Virus record (IMG/VR): IMGVR_UViG_3300038393_003167
Span: 1 to 49,097 of that record
Reading direction: 5' to 3' (one strand)
Origin: a virus
Lineage: Duplodnaviria > Caudoviricetes
Length of the DNA: 49,097 bases
Shown: positions 27,635-38,000 of the stretch, one piece after another
How positions within the stretch are numbered: position 1 is the stretch's first letter
Layout: each line of letters starts with the position of its first letter
The notes under the pieces: model-generated
Database searches by the model: none
What the model was told of the DNA's origin: nothing
What the model saw: only the letters and a program-made list of their open reading frames with translations
Translations under genes and position numbers: made by a program

Positions 27635-27823
27635 ATGAACAAGCCGAAGGAAACGACGCTCTACGCCACCCGCAACTTCAAGGATGCGGGGAAGGAACGG
27701 ACCTTTGAGGCCGGCAAGCCCGTCGATGCCAGCGAAGGCGAACTCGCCAACTACAAGGCTGCCGGCCTCGTAGCCCCAAAGGCGGAAGCGGCGGCGGACA
27801 CCGCCAGCGGCGCCAAGGCCTGA
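27635..27823 (+). CDS. Small hypothetical protein
   Basis: AAGGAG SD; NFKDAG..FEAG..NYKAAGLV. Confidence 0.7.
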   Translation: MNKPKETTLYATRNFKDAGKERTFEAGKPVDASEGELANYKAAGLVAPKAEAAADTASGAKA

Positions 27824-27891
27824 CTAGTTCAGCCGCGTTCCGCGGTTGATCCTCGCCGGCAGTGCCGGCTCGCCCACAAGGAGTAAATGAC

Positions 27892-28341
27892 ATGGGTTCC
27901 ACGACTGCGGCGGGCTCGGCGCTCGCCATTTCGGCGAATGCGCCGGCCACCGAAGATGCCGCCGGCTACGGCGCGCTGACGCTGACCGAAATTGGTGGCA
28001 TCGAGCAGATCGGCACGATCGGCGCGAGCTTCAACAAGGTCGAGTTTCAGCCGCTCAAGGGGCCGAAGGACAAGCACAAGGGATCGGCCGATTACGGCTC
28101 GCTCCAGCCTTCGATGGCACATGATGACGACGATGCGGGCCAGACCCTGCTGCGCACGGCCGCCGACGACGAAACGTCGAAGCTCTACAGCTTCATGGCC
28201 ACCTATCCGACTGGCGAGAAGCGCTACTTCCAAGGCCGCGTGTTCGGCGCGCCGGAGAACGTCGGCAACGCGGACTCGATCGTCATGGCCAACCCGACCA
28301 TCGAAATCTGCACGAAGGTCGTGAAGGTCGCCGCCGCCTGA
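27892..28341 (+). CDS. Major tail tube protein
   Basis: AAGGAG SD; KHKGSADYG..DDAGQTLL..YF. Confidence 0.85.
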   Translation: MGSTTAAGSALAISANAPATEDAAGYGALTLTEIGGIEQIGTIGASFNKVEFQPLKGPKDKHKGSADYGSLQPSMAHDDDDAGQTLLRTAADDETSKLYSFMATYPTGEKRYFQGRVFGAPENVGNADSIVMANPTIEICTKVVKVAAA

Positions 28342-28442
28342 CCCACCCTTTTCCGGCACCTTAGCCGGTACACAGGCATCGGTCCGTCCAGCGCTCTCGC
28401 GGGCTGGGCGGGCCGGTGCACAATTCCGCGAGAGGAAATATC

Positions 28443-28850
28443 ATGGACGCAACCAAGCTTCGCGTTGCCGACACGGCCACGCTTCACCTGAAGGATGCCG
28501 CAGGCAACCATCTGTTCCACGAGGGCAAGCCCGTGCAGATCGTCATCTACGGTCCCGGTTCGGCAGCGTTCGCCGAAATCGAGGGGCGGCAGACCAACCG
28601 CGTCATCAAGCGCATGCAGGACAATGACGGCAAGATCGCCACGGTGGCGCCGGCCCAGCGTAAAGCCGAGACCGCGCAGGACCTCGCCGCCATGACGGTC
28701 CGCTTCGAAAACCTGACTTACGAAGACAAGCAGGGGCCGGACCTGTTCGAAGCCGTCTATTCTGATCCGAAGCTGGGCTTCATCCCCGCCCAGGTGCAGA
28801 AGTTCGTGGCAGACTGGGGAAACTTCTCGGCCGGCTCGGCGACGAGCTGA
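28443..28850 (+). CDS. Tail assembly chaperone (gpG-like)
   Basis: Position after the tail tube gene; IYGPGS; slippery site near the 3' end. Confidence 0.8.
   Translation: MDATKLRVADTATLHLKDAAGNHLFHEGKPVQIVIYGPGSAAFAEIEGRQTNRVIKRMQDNDGKIATVAPAQRKAETAQDLAAMTVRFENLTYEDKQGPDLFEAVYSDPKLGFIPAQVQKFVADWGNFSAGSATS
28817..28823 (+). promoter_or_regulatory. -1 ribosomal frameshift site G GGA AAC
   Basis: X XXY YYZ in the correct frame; the -1 frame is open from 28817 to 29284. Confidence 0.85.
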
Positions 28851-29284
28851 GTCTGTACGTCCGGCATCTGGCCTGGCTTCAGGCCACGCCAAAGCCGCCT
28901 GAGGGATCGAAGCGGGCGAAGACGGCAGACAAGGCCAAGCTTCGCTCGCGGATCGACCAGCTGAAGACGGCGGGCGTCAAAAACCCGCCCATGCCGCCCA
29001 ATCCGGCACCGCACATCATCGACCGCCTGATCGAGATCGGGTTGACCGAAGCGGCCGGAATGGGGGCCGTGCCGGTGAGCTGGCGGGAGATCAACGCATG
29101 GTGCGAGCGCACTCGTGTTGATCTGTTGCCGTGGGAAGCGCGCCTGATCCGCCGGCTGTCAGCCGATTATCTCGCCATGAGCCGCAAGGCCGAAAGCGAG
29201 ACTTGTCCGCCGCCCTGGCGGGCTCCGGTCACTGAGCAGGAGCGGGACAGCGAGCTGGCGCGGCTGCGCATGGTGCTGGGCTAG
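28817..29284 (+). CDS. gpT-like extension of the frameshifted gpGT chaperone
   Basis: The -1 frame includes ORF 28991-29284 (VSWREINAW..PWEARLIRRLS). Confidence 0.8.
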   Translation, partial: GKLLGRLGDELSLYVRHLAWLQATPKPPEGSKRAKTADKAKLRSRIDQLKTAGVKNPPMPPNPAPHIIDRLIEIGLTEAAGMGAVPVSWREINAWCERTRVDLLPWEARLIRRLSADYLAMSRKAESETCPPPWRAPVTEQERDSELARLRMVLG

Positions 29285-29613
29285 AAGGCTCGCTTCGGCG
29301 CAGCCACCAACTCGCACTTCCCGGTCTCCGACCGTCTGAGCGATGGCACGTTGCGCTTCACAGTAAGGTCGGTCCGGCTGACGACGTAACTCAGCAGCCT
29401 CGTTTCAAACCGAACTTCTTCGGGAGTGAACGAGGCTGCCACTTTCTCGATATATCCTGTCGAAGGTAGCGAGATTGTGACCGAGGAATTCGGCTCATCT
29501 GCCGTGATGTCGACCTTGGCAGTGCTTTCGGGAAACGAGCACTGAAGATAGGTCGGGGCTGCCGCAGACGGCGTGCTCACGGCCAAGCTTGTCAGCAAAA
29601 TCAAGTATTTCAT
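29281..29613 (-). CDS. Exported 110-aa moron protein
   Basis: GAGGGG SD; MKYLILLTSLAVSTPSAAA signal peptide; two Cys; antisense within the tail operon. Confidence 0.7.
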   Translation of the reverse strand: MKYLILLTSLAVSTPSAAAPTYLQCSFPESTAKVDITADEPNSSVTISLPSTGYIEKVAASFTPEEVRFETRLLSYVVSRTDLTVKRNVPSLRRSETGKCELVAAPKRAF

Positions 29614-29707
29614 CGACCGAATCCCCCTCGAAGCGGATGCGGAAGATGTCGCGCCACCACGGCCAAAGCAAGGCCGCCCACTTAACACGTTGTAGCGAGG
29701 TGCCACG

Positions 29708-32700
29708 ATGGACAGCGCCGTTCCGACGCTGGAGGTCGGCTTTGCCATCGACACCGGAGGCTCGTTCGAAAGCCTCGTCCAACTCCAGAGCGCGATGGAC
29801 ACGGCCGAAGCCAAGGTCGTTGCTGACGCTGCACGTATAGAGCGGGCGACGGGCGGGATGGTCGATGTAAAGGCTGCCGTTGCCGGCATCACCTCGTTTG
29901 GCAATGCCGCTACGCGCGAGCTTCAGACGGCCGCCCGCGAGATGGCGCGCGTTGAGAAGGCCGGCGAATCCATGGTCCGCCAGCTGGAGCGTCAGGGCGC
30001 CGCCTTTGGTCTGACCCGGTCTGAGCTGCGCGGCATGAAAGCCGAAGCCGCCGCCCTGGCCGCTGAGCAGCAAGGCCTGACCGATCTCGCGCGCCGTATA
30101 CGCGCGGCCGAATCCGACCTGTTCAGCAAGGAATACGCGGCCGCGCGCAAAGCCGCGATGGAGGCAGAGGCGGCAGCCGAAGACCGTGCCATGGCGGACG
30201 CTCGCGAAGCCCAGGCTGCGGCCGAACAGCGGGCGGCGGCCGAAGCTGCCGTTAACGCCCAGCTGCTGGAGCGAGGCCGGCTTCAGGCGGCGATCGAACG
30301 CAACACAGGCGCGGGCCGGATGGCCGCCGCCGATGGCGGCGCGTCCTTCTCCGCTCTCGCCGCCCAGGCGGCCGCCGAAGACGAGCGTGCCGCTGTTGCC
30401 GCGCGACGGCTTGCGCAGGAGCAAGCGGACTTGGCCGCCGCTGTGCGGGGCTCGGCAGCCGCTCAGGAAGCTGATGCCGTCGCGGCCGAACGTCTCCGCC
30501 TCGCGACTGACCCGCTCTATGCGGCGTCGAAGCGCCTCAATGAACAGATCGAGGAATCGACCCGCCTCTATCGGTCCGGAATGACCGCGCCTGAGGAATA
30601 CGCGCGTCAGCAGCAGGTTTTGCAGGAGCGCCTGCGGCAAGTCACGAACGCGCAGGATTCGGCTGCGGCGGGCGCTGGCAAGCATGGTTTCGCGCTCACC
30701 CAGCTATCATTCCAGCTCAATGACGTGGTCACCATGGCGGGGAGCGGCGCTGACGCGTTGCAGATCCTCGCGACCCAAGGCGGGCAGATATTCCAGGTCT
30801 TCCAGACGGCTGAAGGTGGAGCAGCGGGACTGGCGAAAGAGGTCGGCGGCCTTCTCCTGCGCTTCGCGCCGATCATCGGCGTCACGGCAATCGTTCTGCT
30901 CGGTGCTGCCGCGTGGCTTGAATACTCGAACGCGATTGAGAAGTTCAATGCGCTGGCTAAGGGCCAAGGTCGGGTGCTCGGCCTGACCGGCCAGCAGCTG
31001 GAAGACAATGCTGTCGCGGCAGCCAACGCTGCCGACATAACCGTTTCGGCTGCGCGCGAGATCGAGTCCGCCTATGTCAGTGCCGGCGGCGTGGTGGCTG
31101 GCGTCATGGTCGACCTGATCGCCGTGACTAAGGATTTCGCGGCGGCGACAGGGCAGGAGGCGACCGACGCCGCGAAGGAACTCGGGGAAGCTTTCGGCGA
31201 TCCGATCGAAGGGGCCCAGCAGCTCGCGGACAAATATGGCGTCGTCAGCCAAGCCACCATCGAATATATCGGCCAGCTGGTCGAGCAGGGTGACATGCTC
31301 GCCGCCCAAAAGGTGCTGCTGAACGCGCTGGAGCCGGCCTTCGACGGCGCGGCCGATCACGCCAACATTCTCGCGCGAGGCTGGGATAATATTCGAACCG
31401 CAGCGGCGGGCGCCTGGGAGTGGATGGGCAAGGCGATTGACCGGGTGGTCAGCGGCGGCCCGATCCTTGACCAGATTGCCGATCTGGAACGTCAACGCGC
31501 GACCTATGCGCAGGCCGGAGTCACCGACCTGTCCATATTCGACAAGCAGCTGGCGAGCCTGCGCCAGCAGCTGCGCGTGCAGGAAGTGCTGACGGCGCGC
31601 TCCCAAGCGAACGCCAAGCAGCAGGCCGCTGCCGGCGTGCTGGATCAATACACGGGCGGCAATGTGCTGGCCGGGTATCAGAAGGCTGCCGGCACGTTAC
31701 GTGCCGCCCTCGCCACCGATATGCCGCGAGACCAGCGCGCGCAGCTGACAGAGGCGCTCAACGCCTACACGCATGCGATCGACACGTTCATTCCGCGTCA
31801 GGACAAGGCCAACCAGCTAGCCGCGCTCGATGCGAATATCGCGGCCGCCAAGCAGCCTGCGGTGAAGGCGGCACTGGCCGCTGAGCGCGAGCGGCTTCAG
31901 TTGGCCGGGGAGGTCATTACCAGCGAAAACGCTGAGGCTCGCGCCGCCTCCAAGGCGGCGGAGGCGAAGGCCCGCACCCACCAAGCGAGCAATCGACATG
32001 CCGAGCAGCTGGCTCGCGAGGCCAAGGCCGTCGAGGCGCAGATTCGAAATCTGTACGCCCTCGCCGATGCATATGGTGTGTCAGGTGCCGACGCTCTGAT
32101 CGCCGAAGCGCGAGTCAAGGCCGAAAGCCAAGCTATCAAGCAGCGCGGCGATGTCGATGCGGCAGTCGCGCGGCAGGTGAGCTTGGTCATCGCGCAGCGC
32201 GTTGCCGACGCGAGCAAGAGCACGGCGGCGATGGAGGATCAGGCTCGCATCCAAGCTCAGGTCAATGGCGAGGTCGCCGCCGGCAATGTCCCGGCAGCCC
32301 TCGCGAACGAACTGGTGCGGAATCGCATCGCCGATCTGCCGCTGGTGATTGCCCTCGAAGCAGCTCGCCGTGTCGGAAACAAGAAGGCTGCTGAAGAGGC
32401 AGAGGACGCTCTTGAGCGCCAGCGTGCCGCTCAGGTCCGCCTTACCGACGAACAGCGCAAGGCGCAGCTCGACAGCGTGAAAGCAACCGGCAGCGACCGT
32501 CTGGCGGAATTGCGGGAAGAGTTGCGTCTGCTCGGCGAAACGGAAGCGGTGCGCGTGCGGGCGCTGGCGGTGCTTCGCGCGACCCAAGAGGCCACCCGGA
32601 GTGGCTTCACTGGCCCCGCTGCCGCCGAATATGTCCAGCAGCAGGTCGATATCGCCGAAGCGCAATATCAGGTCGGTGTCGCGACCAACCAGCTAAATCA

Positions 32701-35038
32701 GGATTTACGCATCACGGCTGAGCGGGCCGATGAAGTCGCCGACGCCATGAGCCGCGCCTTCGGCCGGGTCGGCAGCGCCATCGGCGACGCGATCAGCATC
32801 CTGGGACACTATGGCGAGCAGCAGGAGCGGATCGACGCGCTGGTGAAGGCCGGCACCTATACGCAGGCTCAGGGCGCAAAGAAGTCCGCCGATCTGCAGA
32901 TGAACAGCCTGATCGGCATCACCGGGGCGGCGAAGAATCTCTTCAACGAGCACAGCAAAGGCTACAAGGCCATGGCGGCGGCCGAGAAGGCGCTGACCAT
33001 CATCCAGCTGGCGCGGACCGCCGTTGACGTTGCCGGCGGCGCCGCGCGTATGTTCGCGGAGCTTGGTCCGTTCGCCTTCCCGGCAGTGGCCGCAATGCTG
33101 GGCGTGATGGCGAGCCTGGGCTTCGGTGGCGGCGGCTCCAGCAAACCAGCGCCGACGAACACAGGCACCGGCACCGTCCTGGGCGACAGCGAAGCGAAAA
33201 GCGAGAGCATCAAGCGCGCGATCGACTCGCTGAAGGAAGTCGACACGCTGACGAACACCTATGCCCGCGAAATGGCCGCGTCGCTGCGGTCGATCGAAAG
33301 CCAGATCGGCAACGTCGCGGCGCTCGTGGTGCGCGCGGGCGACATCAACGCTTCGGGCGGCGTGAAGGAAGGCTTCAACAGCAATGCCGGCACCGTGCTC
33401 AGCATCCTTGGCGGCGGCGTCGGCTACCTGCTGACCAAAATCCCGATCATCGGGGGCATCCTGAAAAGCCTGTTCGGGACCAAGACCACGGTGATGGCGA
33501 GCGGGCTGTATGGCGATCCGCAGTCGCTGGGCTCGATCCTGAGCGGCGGCTTCGACGCGTCCTATTATTCCGACGTTCAGAAGAAGAAGAAGTTCTTCGG
33601 GCTCACCTACAGCACGAAATACCGCACCCAGTTCGCGGACGCCGACGCTGGTCTGGAAAGCCAGTTCACGCTGATCCTGCGTTCGTTCAGCGACGCCATC
33701 AAGGCTTCGGCCGGGCCGCTGGGCGAGGCCACCGGCACGATCGAGGCGCGGCTGAGCAGCTTCGTCGTGTCGATCGGCAAGATCGACCTGAAAGACCTGA
33801 CGGGCGAAGAGATTCAGGAAAAGCTGACCGCCGTGTTCGGCGCCGCCGCCGATCAGATGGCGGCCGCCGCATTTCCGGGTATCGAGCGGTTCCAGAAGGT
33901 CGGTGAGGGCGCATTCGAGACGCTCGTGCGCGTGGCATCGACCGTCGAAGCGGTCACCAACTCGCTGGGGATGCTCGGCACTGCCGCGCAGAATCTCAGC
34001 ATCGACGCGAAGCTTGGCCTCGCCGACCTGTTCGACGATGTCGGCGATCTCACCAGTGCCGTCTCCGGCTATTTCGAGCGCTATTATTCTGCGGCCGAGC
34101 AGGCCGCCGCCCGCACGGCGCAGATGACCCGCGTGTTCGACAGCCTTGGTCTCACCATGCCGTCGTCGCTGGCAAGCTTCCGCGCGTTGGTCGAAGCTCA
34201 GAACCTGACGACTGAAGCGGGCCGGCAGACCTATGCGACGCTGTTGCAGCTCGCGCCCGCCTTCGCCGATCTCCAGCAGTCGATGAACGGCGCGCGGAGT
34301 GCCGCCGACATCCTGTCCGAACGGCAGGATTTGGAGCGCAAGCTGCTGGAGCTTCAGGGCAACACGGCCGCGCTCCGCGCGCTCGACCTTGCCAAGCTGG
34401 ACGCGAGCAACCGCGCGCTTCAGCAGCAAATCTGGGCGCTCCAGGACGCGCAGGAAGCGGCCAAGGCGGCCGATGAACTGCGCAAGGCGTGGACCGACAT
34501 CGGCACGTCGATCATGGACGAAGTGAAGCGCATCCGGGGGCTGACCGACCCGACGGGAGACGGCAGCTTTGCGGCGCTGATGGGGCAGTTCAATGCCGCC
34601 ACGTCGGCCGCGCGTGCTGGCGATCAGGACGCAGCCAAGTCGCTGCCCGGTCTCTCCCAGGCGCTGCTGAAGGCGGCACAGGATGCCGCCACGAGCCGGC
34701 AGGAGCTGGAGCGCGTCCAGGCGCAGACCGCCGCATCGCTGGAAGCCACGTTCGCTGCGATCAGCGCCCTGGGCACGCCCAGCAGCGCCTCCACGGCCGA
34801 TGCGCTGCTGGCAGCCATGGCCGCTTCGCAGTCGGCTTCTTCGGCCGCGACGGCTGCGAATGATGACATGGCGAGCGAGCTGGCCGCGCTGCGGCAGGAA
34901 ATCGCCGGCATGCGGTCGGAGAACAATGCCGGCCATGCGGCGAACGCAAGCGCGAACAACCGGACCGCGAAGGTGCTGGAAGGGGTGAGCGCAGAGAGCG
35001 CAGGCCAAGCGATCAGTGTTGCGAGCGCCGCAGCGTGA
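29708..35038 (+). CDS. Tail tape measure protein
   Basis: 1776 aa, Ala-rich helical; QLSFQLNDV..QGGQIFQ lambda-type TMP motif. Confidence 0.93.
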   Translation: MDSAVPTLEVGFAIDTGGSFESLVQLQSAMDTAEAKVVADAARIERATGGMVDVKAAVAGITSFGNAATRELQTAAREMARVEKAGESMVRQLERQGAAFGLTRSELRGMKAEAAALAAEQQGLTDLARRIRAAESDLFSKEYAAARKAAMEAEAAAEDRAMADAREAQAAAEQRAAAEAAVNAQLLERGRLQAAIERNTGAGRMAAADGGASFSALAAQAAAEDERAAVAARRLAQEQADLAAAVRGSAAAQEADAVAAERLRLATDPLYAASKRLNEQIEESTRLYRSGMTAPEEYARQQQVLQERLRQVTNAQDSAAAGAGKHGFALTQLSFQLNDVVTMAGSGADALQILATQGGQIFQVFQTAEGGAAGLAKEVGGLLLRFAPIIGVTAIVLLGAAAWLEYSNAIEKFNALAKGQGRVLGLTGQQLEDNAVAAANAADITVSAAREIESAYVSAGGVVAGVMVDLIAVTKDFAAATGQEATDAAKELGEAFGDPIEGAQQLADKYGVVSQATIEYIGQLVEQGDMLAAQKVLLNALEPAFDGAADHANILARGWDNIRTAAAGAWEWMGKAIDRVVSGGPILDQIADLERQRATYAQAGVTDLSIFDKQLASLRQQLRVQEVLTARSQANAKQQAAAGVLDQYTGGNVLAGYQKAAGTLRAALATDMPRDQRAQLTEALNAYTHAIDTFIPRQDKANQLAALDANIAAAKQPAVKAALAAERERLQLAGEVITSENAEARAASKAAEAKARTHQASNRHAEQLAREAKAVEAQIRNLYALADAYGVSGADALIAEARVKAESQAIKQRGDVDAAVARQVSLVIAQRVADASKSTAAMEDQARIQAQVNGEVAAGNVPAALANELVRNRIADLPLVIALEAARRVGNKKAAEEAEDALERQRAAQVRLTDEQRKAQLDSVKATGSDRLAELREELRLLGETEAVRVRALAVLRATQEATRSGFTGPAAAEYVQQQVDIAEAQYQVGVATNQLNQDLRITAERADEVADAMSRAFGRVGSAIGDAISILGHYGEQQERIDALVKAGTYTQAQGAKKSADLQMNSLIGITGAAKNLFNEHSKGYKAMAAAEKALTIIQLARTAVDVAGGAARMFAELGPFAFPAVAAMLGVMASLGFGGGGSSKPAPTNTGTGTVLGDSEAKSESIKRAIDSLKEVDTLTNTYAREMAASLRSIESQIGNVAALVVRAGDINASGGVKEGFNSNAGTVLSILGGGVGYLLTKIPIIGGILKSLFGTKTTVMASGLYGDPQSLGSILSGGFDASYYSDVQKKKKFFGLTYSTKYRTQFADADAGLESQFTLILRSFSDAIKASAGPLGEATGTIEARLSSFVVSIGKIDLKDLTGEEIQEKLTAVFGAAADQMAAAAFPGIERFQKVGEGAFETLVRVASTVEAVTNSLGMLGTAAQNLSIDAKLGLADLFDDVGDLTSAVSGYFERYYSAAEQAAARTAQMTRVFDSLGLTMPSSLASFRALVEAQNLTTEAGRQTYATLLQLAPAFADLQQSMNGARSAADILSERQDLERKLLELQGNTAALRALDLAKLDASNRALQQQIWALQDAQEAAKAADELRKAWTDIGTSIMDEVKRIRGLTDPTGDGSFAALMGQFNAATSAARAGDQDAAKSLPGLSQALLKAAQDAATSRQELERVQAQTAASLEATFAAISALGTPSSASTADALLAAMAASQSASSAATAANDDMASELAALRQEIAGMRSENNAGHAANASANNRTAKVLEGVSAESAGQAISVASAAA

Positions 35039-38000
35039 AGGTCATCGTAGGGGAAGATTCGCCGATCGAACTCGGCGCGACCGAAGCCGCGCCCACGATC
35101 GGCATCGTCGATTACAGTCGCCGGGTCACCGACGAATTCGGCGTGACGACAGTTGTCGAGCGCGGTTTCTCCCGCCGCATGTCGGTGCGCCTGGCGCTGC
35201 CGTTCGACGATGTGGACGGCGTTCAACGGCTGCTCGCGGATTTGCGCGCGACCGCCGCGCAGTGGGTCGCGGACGATGATTTCGAATGGCTGAAGCCGAC
35301 CGGCTTCTACAAGGATTTCGAAATCGATCTGAACGTGCCGCCGCTGAGCTTCTGCACGCTGACGGTGGAGGGGCTGGCGGAGAGCGCGGCAGTTGCCGAT
35401 CCGGGCGACGATCCGGCGCCCGAGGGCAGCACATCGACGCTGCGGATGCTGCTGCCGGTGGCGATGACCGACGCGGCGCTTGCGAGCAGCACCGTGCCGG
35501 AAGCCGACAATCCGGTCTGGGCGGCCGGCGTCACCTATCCGCTGGGCGGACGCGTGATCCGCACCGACACGCACCGCATCTACGAGAGCCTCGCGGCCGG
35601 CAACATCGGCCATGATCCGAGCAGCTCGCCGTCCTATTGGCTGGACGTTGGCCCGACCAATCGCTGGGCGATGTTCGACGAAGCGCTAGGCACCGCCACC
35701 GCCGTTGAGGGCGGCCCGATCGTCGTCACGTTCGATGCCGGCGCGATCGGCGCGGTGGCGCTGATCGACGTGCTGGCCGCCAGTGTTCAGGTCGAAGTGA
35801 TTGCGGCCGGCGACGTTGACCCGACCTATGACCGAACCATCGCCGTGACCGGGGGCACGATCGGCTTCTACGACCTTCCGGACATCGATGGCACGGTGCG
35901 CGTCACGGTGGCTGGCATTGGCCCGCTTTCGGTCGGCACGCTGCTGATCGGCGCGCTGGTCGGCCTTGGTATCACAGAGGCGTCGCCGACGGCCGGCATT
36001 GCGGATTTCAGCCGCAAGGATGTCGACGATTTCGGCGAAGTGACGATCGTCCAGCGCGCCTGGGCCAAGCGGATGACAGCCAAGGCGCTGATCCGCACCG
36101 ACGCGCTGGACGTGGTCGCGGACCGGATCGCGGCGGTGCGGGCGCGGCCGGTGCTGTGGATCGGCGACGCGGGGCTGGACAGCCTGACGCTCTACGGCTT
36201 CTTCCGCGACTTCGGGATCGAGGTCGGCGAGACCGTCAGCAAGCTGTCGCTCTCGATCGAAGGGCTAAGCAAGGCGCAGCCGCTGGAAGCGCCGTGGGCG
36301 GCCGATATCGCCGCGATCAGAACGCAGATCGGCCTGATCTCTTCGGACGGGCTGCTGAACGCGGGCGAAAAGCCGCAGGCGATCATCGACTGGAACGCGC
36401 TGAGCGCCAACTATGTCGCGCTGAACAACCGTTATCTGGCGCTCGGCAGCCCAGCGGACATCGCGCCCAGCCGGAACGATGCGGCGACCAAGGTCAATGC
36501 GCTGAACGTCTATCTGGCGGGCCTCGCCCCTGACTGGACGGACACGGCGCAGGATACGCCGATCGACCCGGCGCTGTATCAGCAGCGCTGGATCGAAGCC
36601 TATACGGCGATTGCGACGTTCCAGGCAGCGATCACGGGGCGCGTGGGCGCGGGCGGTACGCCGGGCCTGAACAATGCGCCCGTCTATGCCTATCAGCGGT
36701 CCGCGAGCGGCACGCCGGCCTTGCCGAGCGCCACCGTCACCTATGATTTCGCGGCGAAGAGCCTGACCGGCCTGAACAACGGCTGGAGCGCGACCATCCC
36801 GGCGGGGAGCAACCCGCTCTACATCACGGCCGCGACCGCCAGTTCGACCGGCGGCAACGATACGATCGCGTCGGGCGAGTGGGCGGCGGCCGTGCTCTGG
36901 ACGAAAGACGGCGATCCCGGCGCCAACGGCCTGAGCACCGCGACCGCCTATCTGTACCAGCGCAACAATAGCGGCGTCGCTCCCGCCGCGCCTTCCGTGA
37001 CATCGACCTGGACGTTCGCGACGGCGACGCTTGCCGGGTTCAATAACGGTTGGTCGCAGACCGTCCCCGACGAAGCGAACGGCAAATATCTGTTCGTGAC
37101 AACGGCGATGGCGCTGGCGCTCGCCACGTTGCCGCAGGACACGATCGCGGCTGGCGAGTGGGCGGTTGTGCGCCGGCTGGCGAAGGACGGCGATCCGGGG
37201 CTGAACGGCCTCGCGAATGCACCGGTTTATGCCTATCAGCGCTCGGCATCCGGGGCGCCTGCACTGCCGAGCGCGACCGTCTCCTACGACTTCAGCACGA
37301 AAGCGCTTACGGGCCTGAACAACGGCTGGACCGCGACCATCCCGGCGGGGAGCAACCCGCTCTACATTACAGCCGCGACTGCCAGTTCGAACACGGGCGC
37401 CGACACGATCGCCGCCGGGGAATGGGCCGGAGCGGTGCTGTGGGTCAGCAACGGCGCGCCCGGCGATCCCGGCGCCCCGGCCCTGAACAGCGCGCCTGTC
37501 ATCCTTCTCCAGCGCAACAATACCGGCACGCCGCCCGCTGCCCCGAGCGCGACCACTACCTACACCTTTGCGACCGCCTCCCTTGCCGGCATCAACAATG
37601 GCTGGTCTCAGGCAATGCCGGACCCGTCGCTGGGCCAGTATCTGTTCTGGACGCAAGCGACCGCTCTCAGCACCGGAACTCAGGACACGATCGCGGCCGG
37701 CGAGTGGACGGCGCCCAAACAAGTCGTGAAGGATGGCGAAGACGGTCAGGACGGCATGGTCTTCTCCGTCAGCACGCCCGCGATCACCGTGGCGGCTGAC
37801 TATCTCGGCACGGCGAAGGCGAGCCAGTTTCCGATCACCTTCAGCTGCAAGTTCATCAAGGGGGGCGTCGATCTGAGCGGCTCCGCCACGTTCACCGTTC
37901 CGGCCAAGTCGAACAATGATGCCGCGAAGGCGAGCACCCTTGTCGTCTCGATCGGCAGCGTCACGGCGGAAGGCTGGATCGATGTCCGCTGCCAATATGG

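Noticed and set aside
32705-35008. 767-aa minus-strand ORF (and similar ones at 12914-14176 and 36265-37995)
   Set aside because: Shadow ORFs opposite well-supported genes.
36664-37750. Possible diversity-generating retroelement TR/VR pair in the tail gene
   Set aside because: No reverse transcriptase in the window, both copies are coding, and differences are not adenine-specific.
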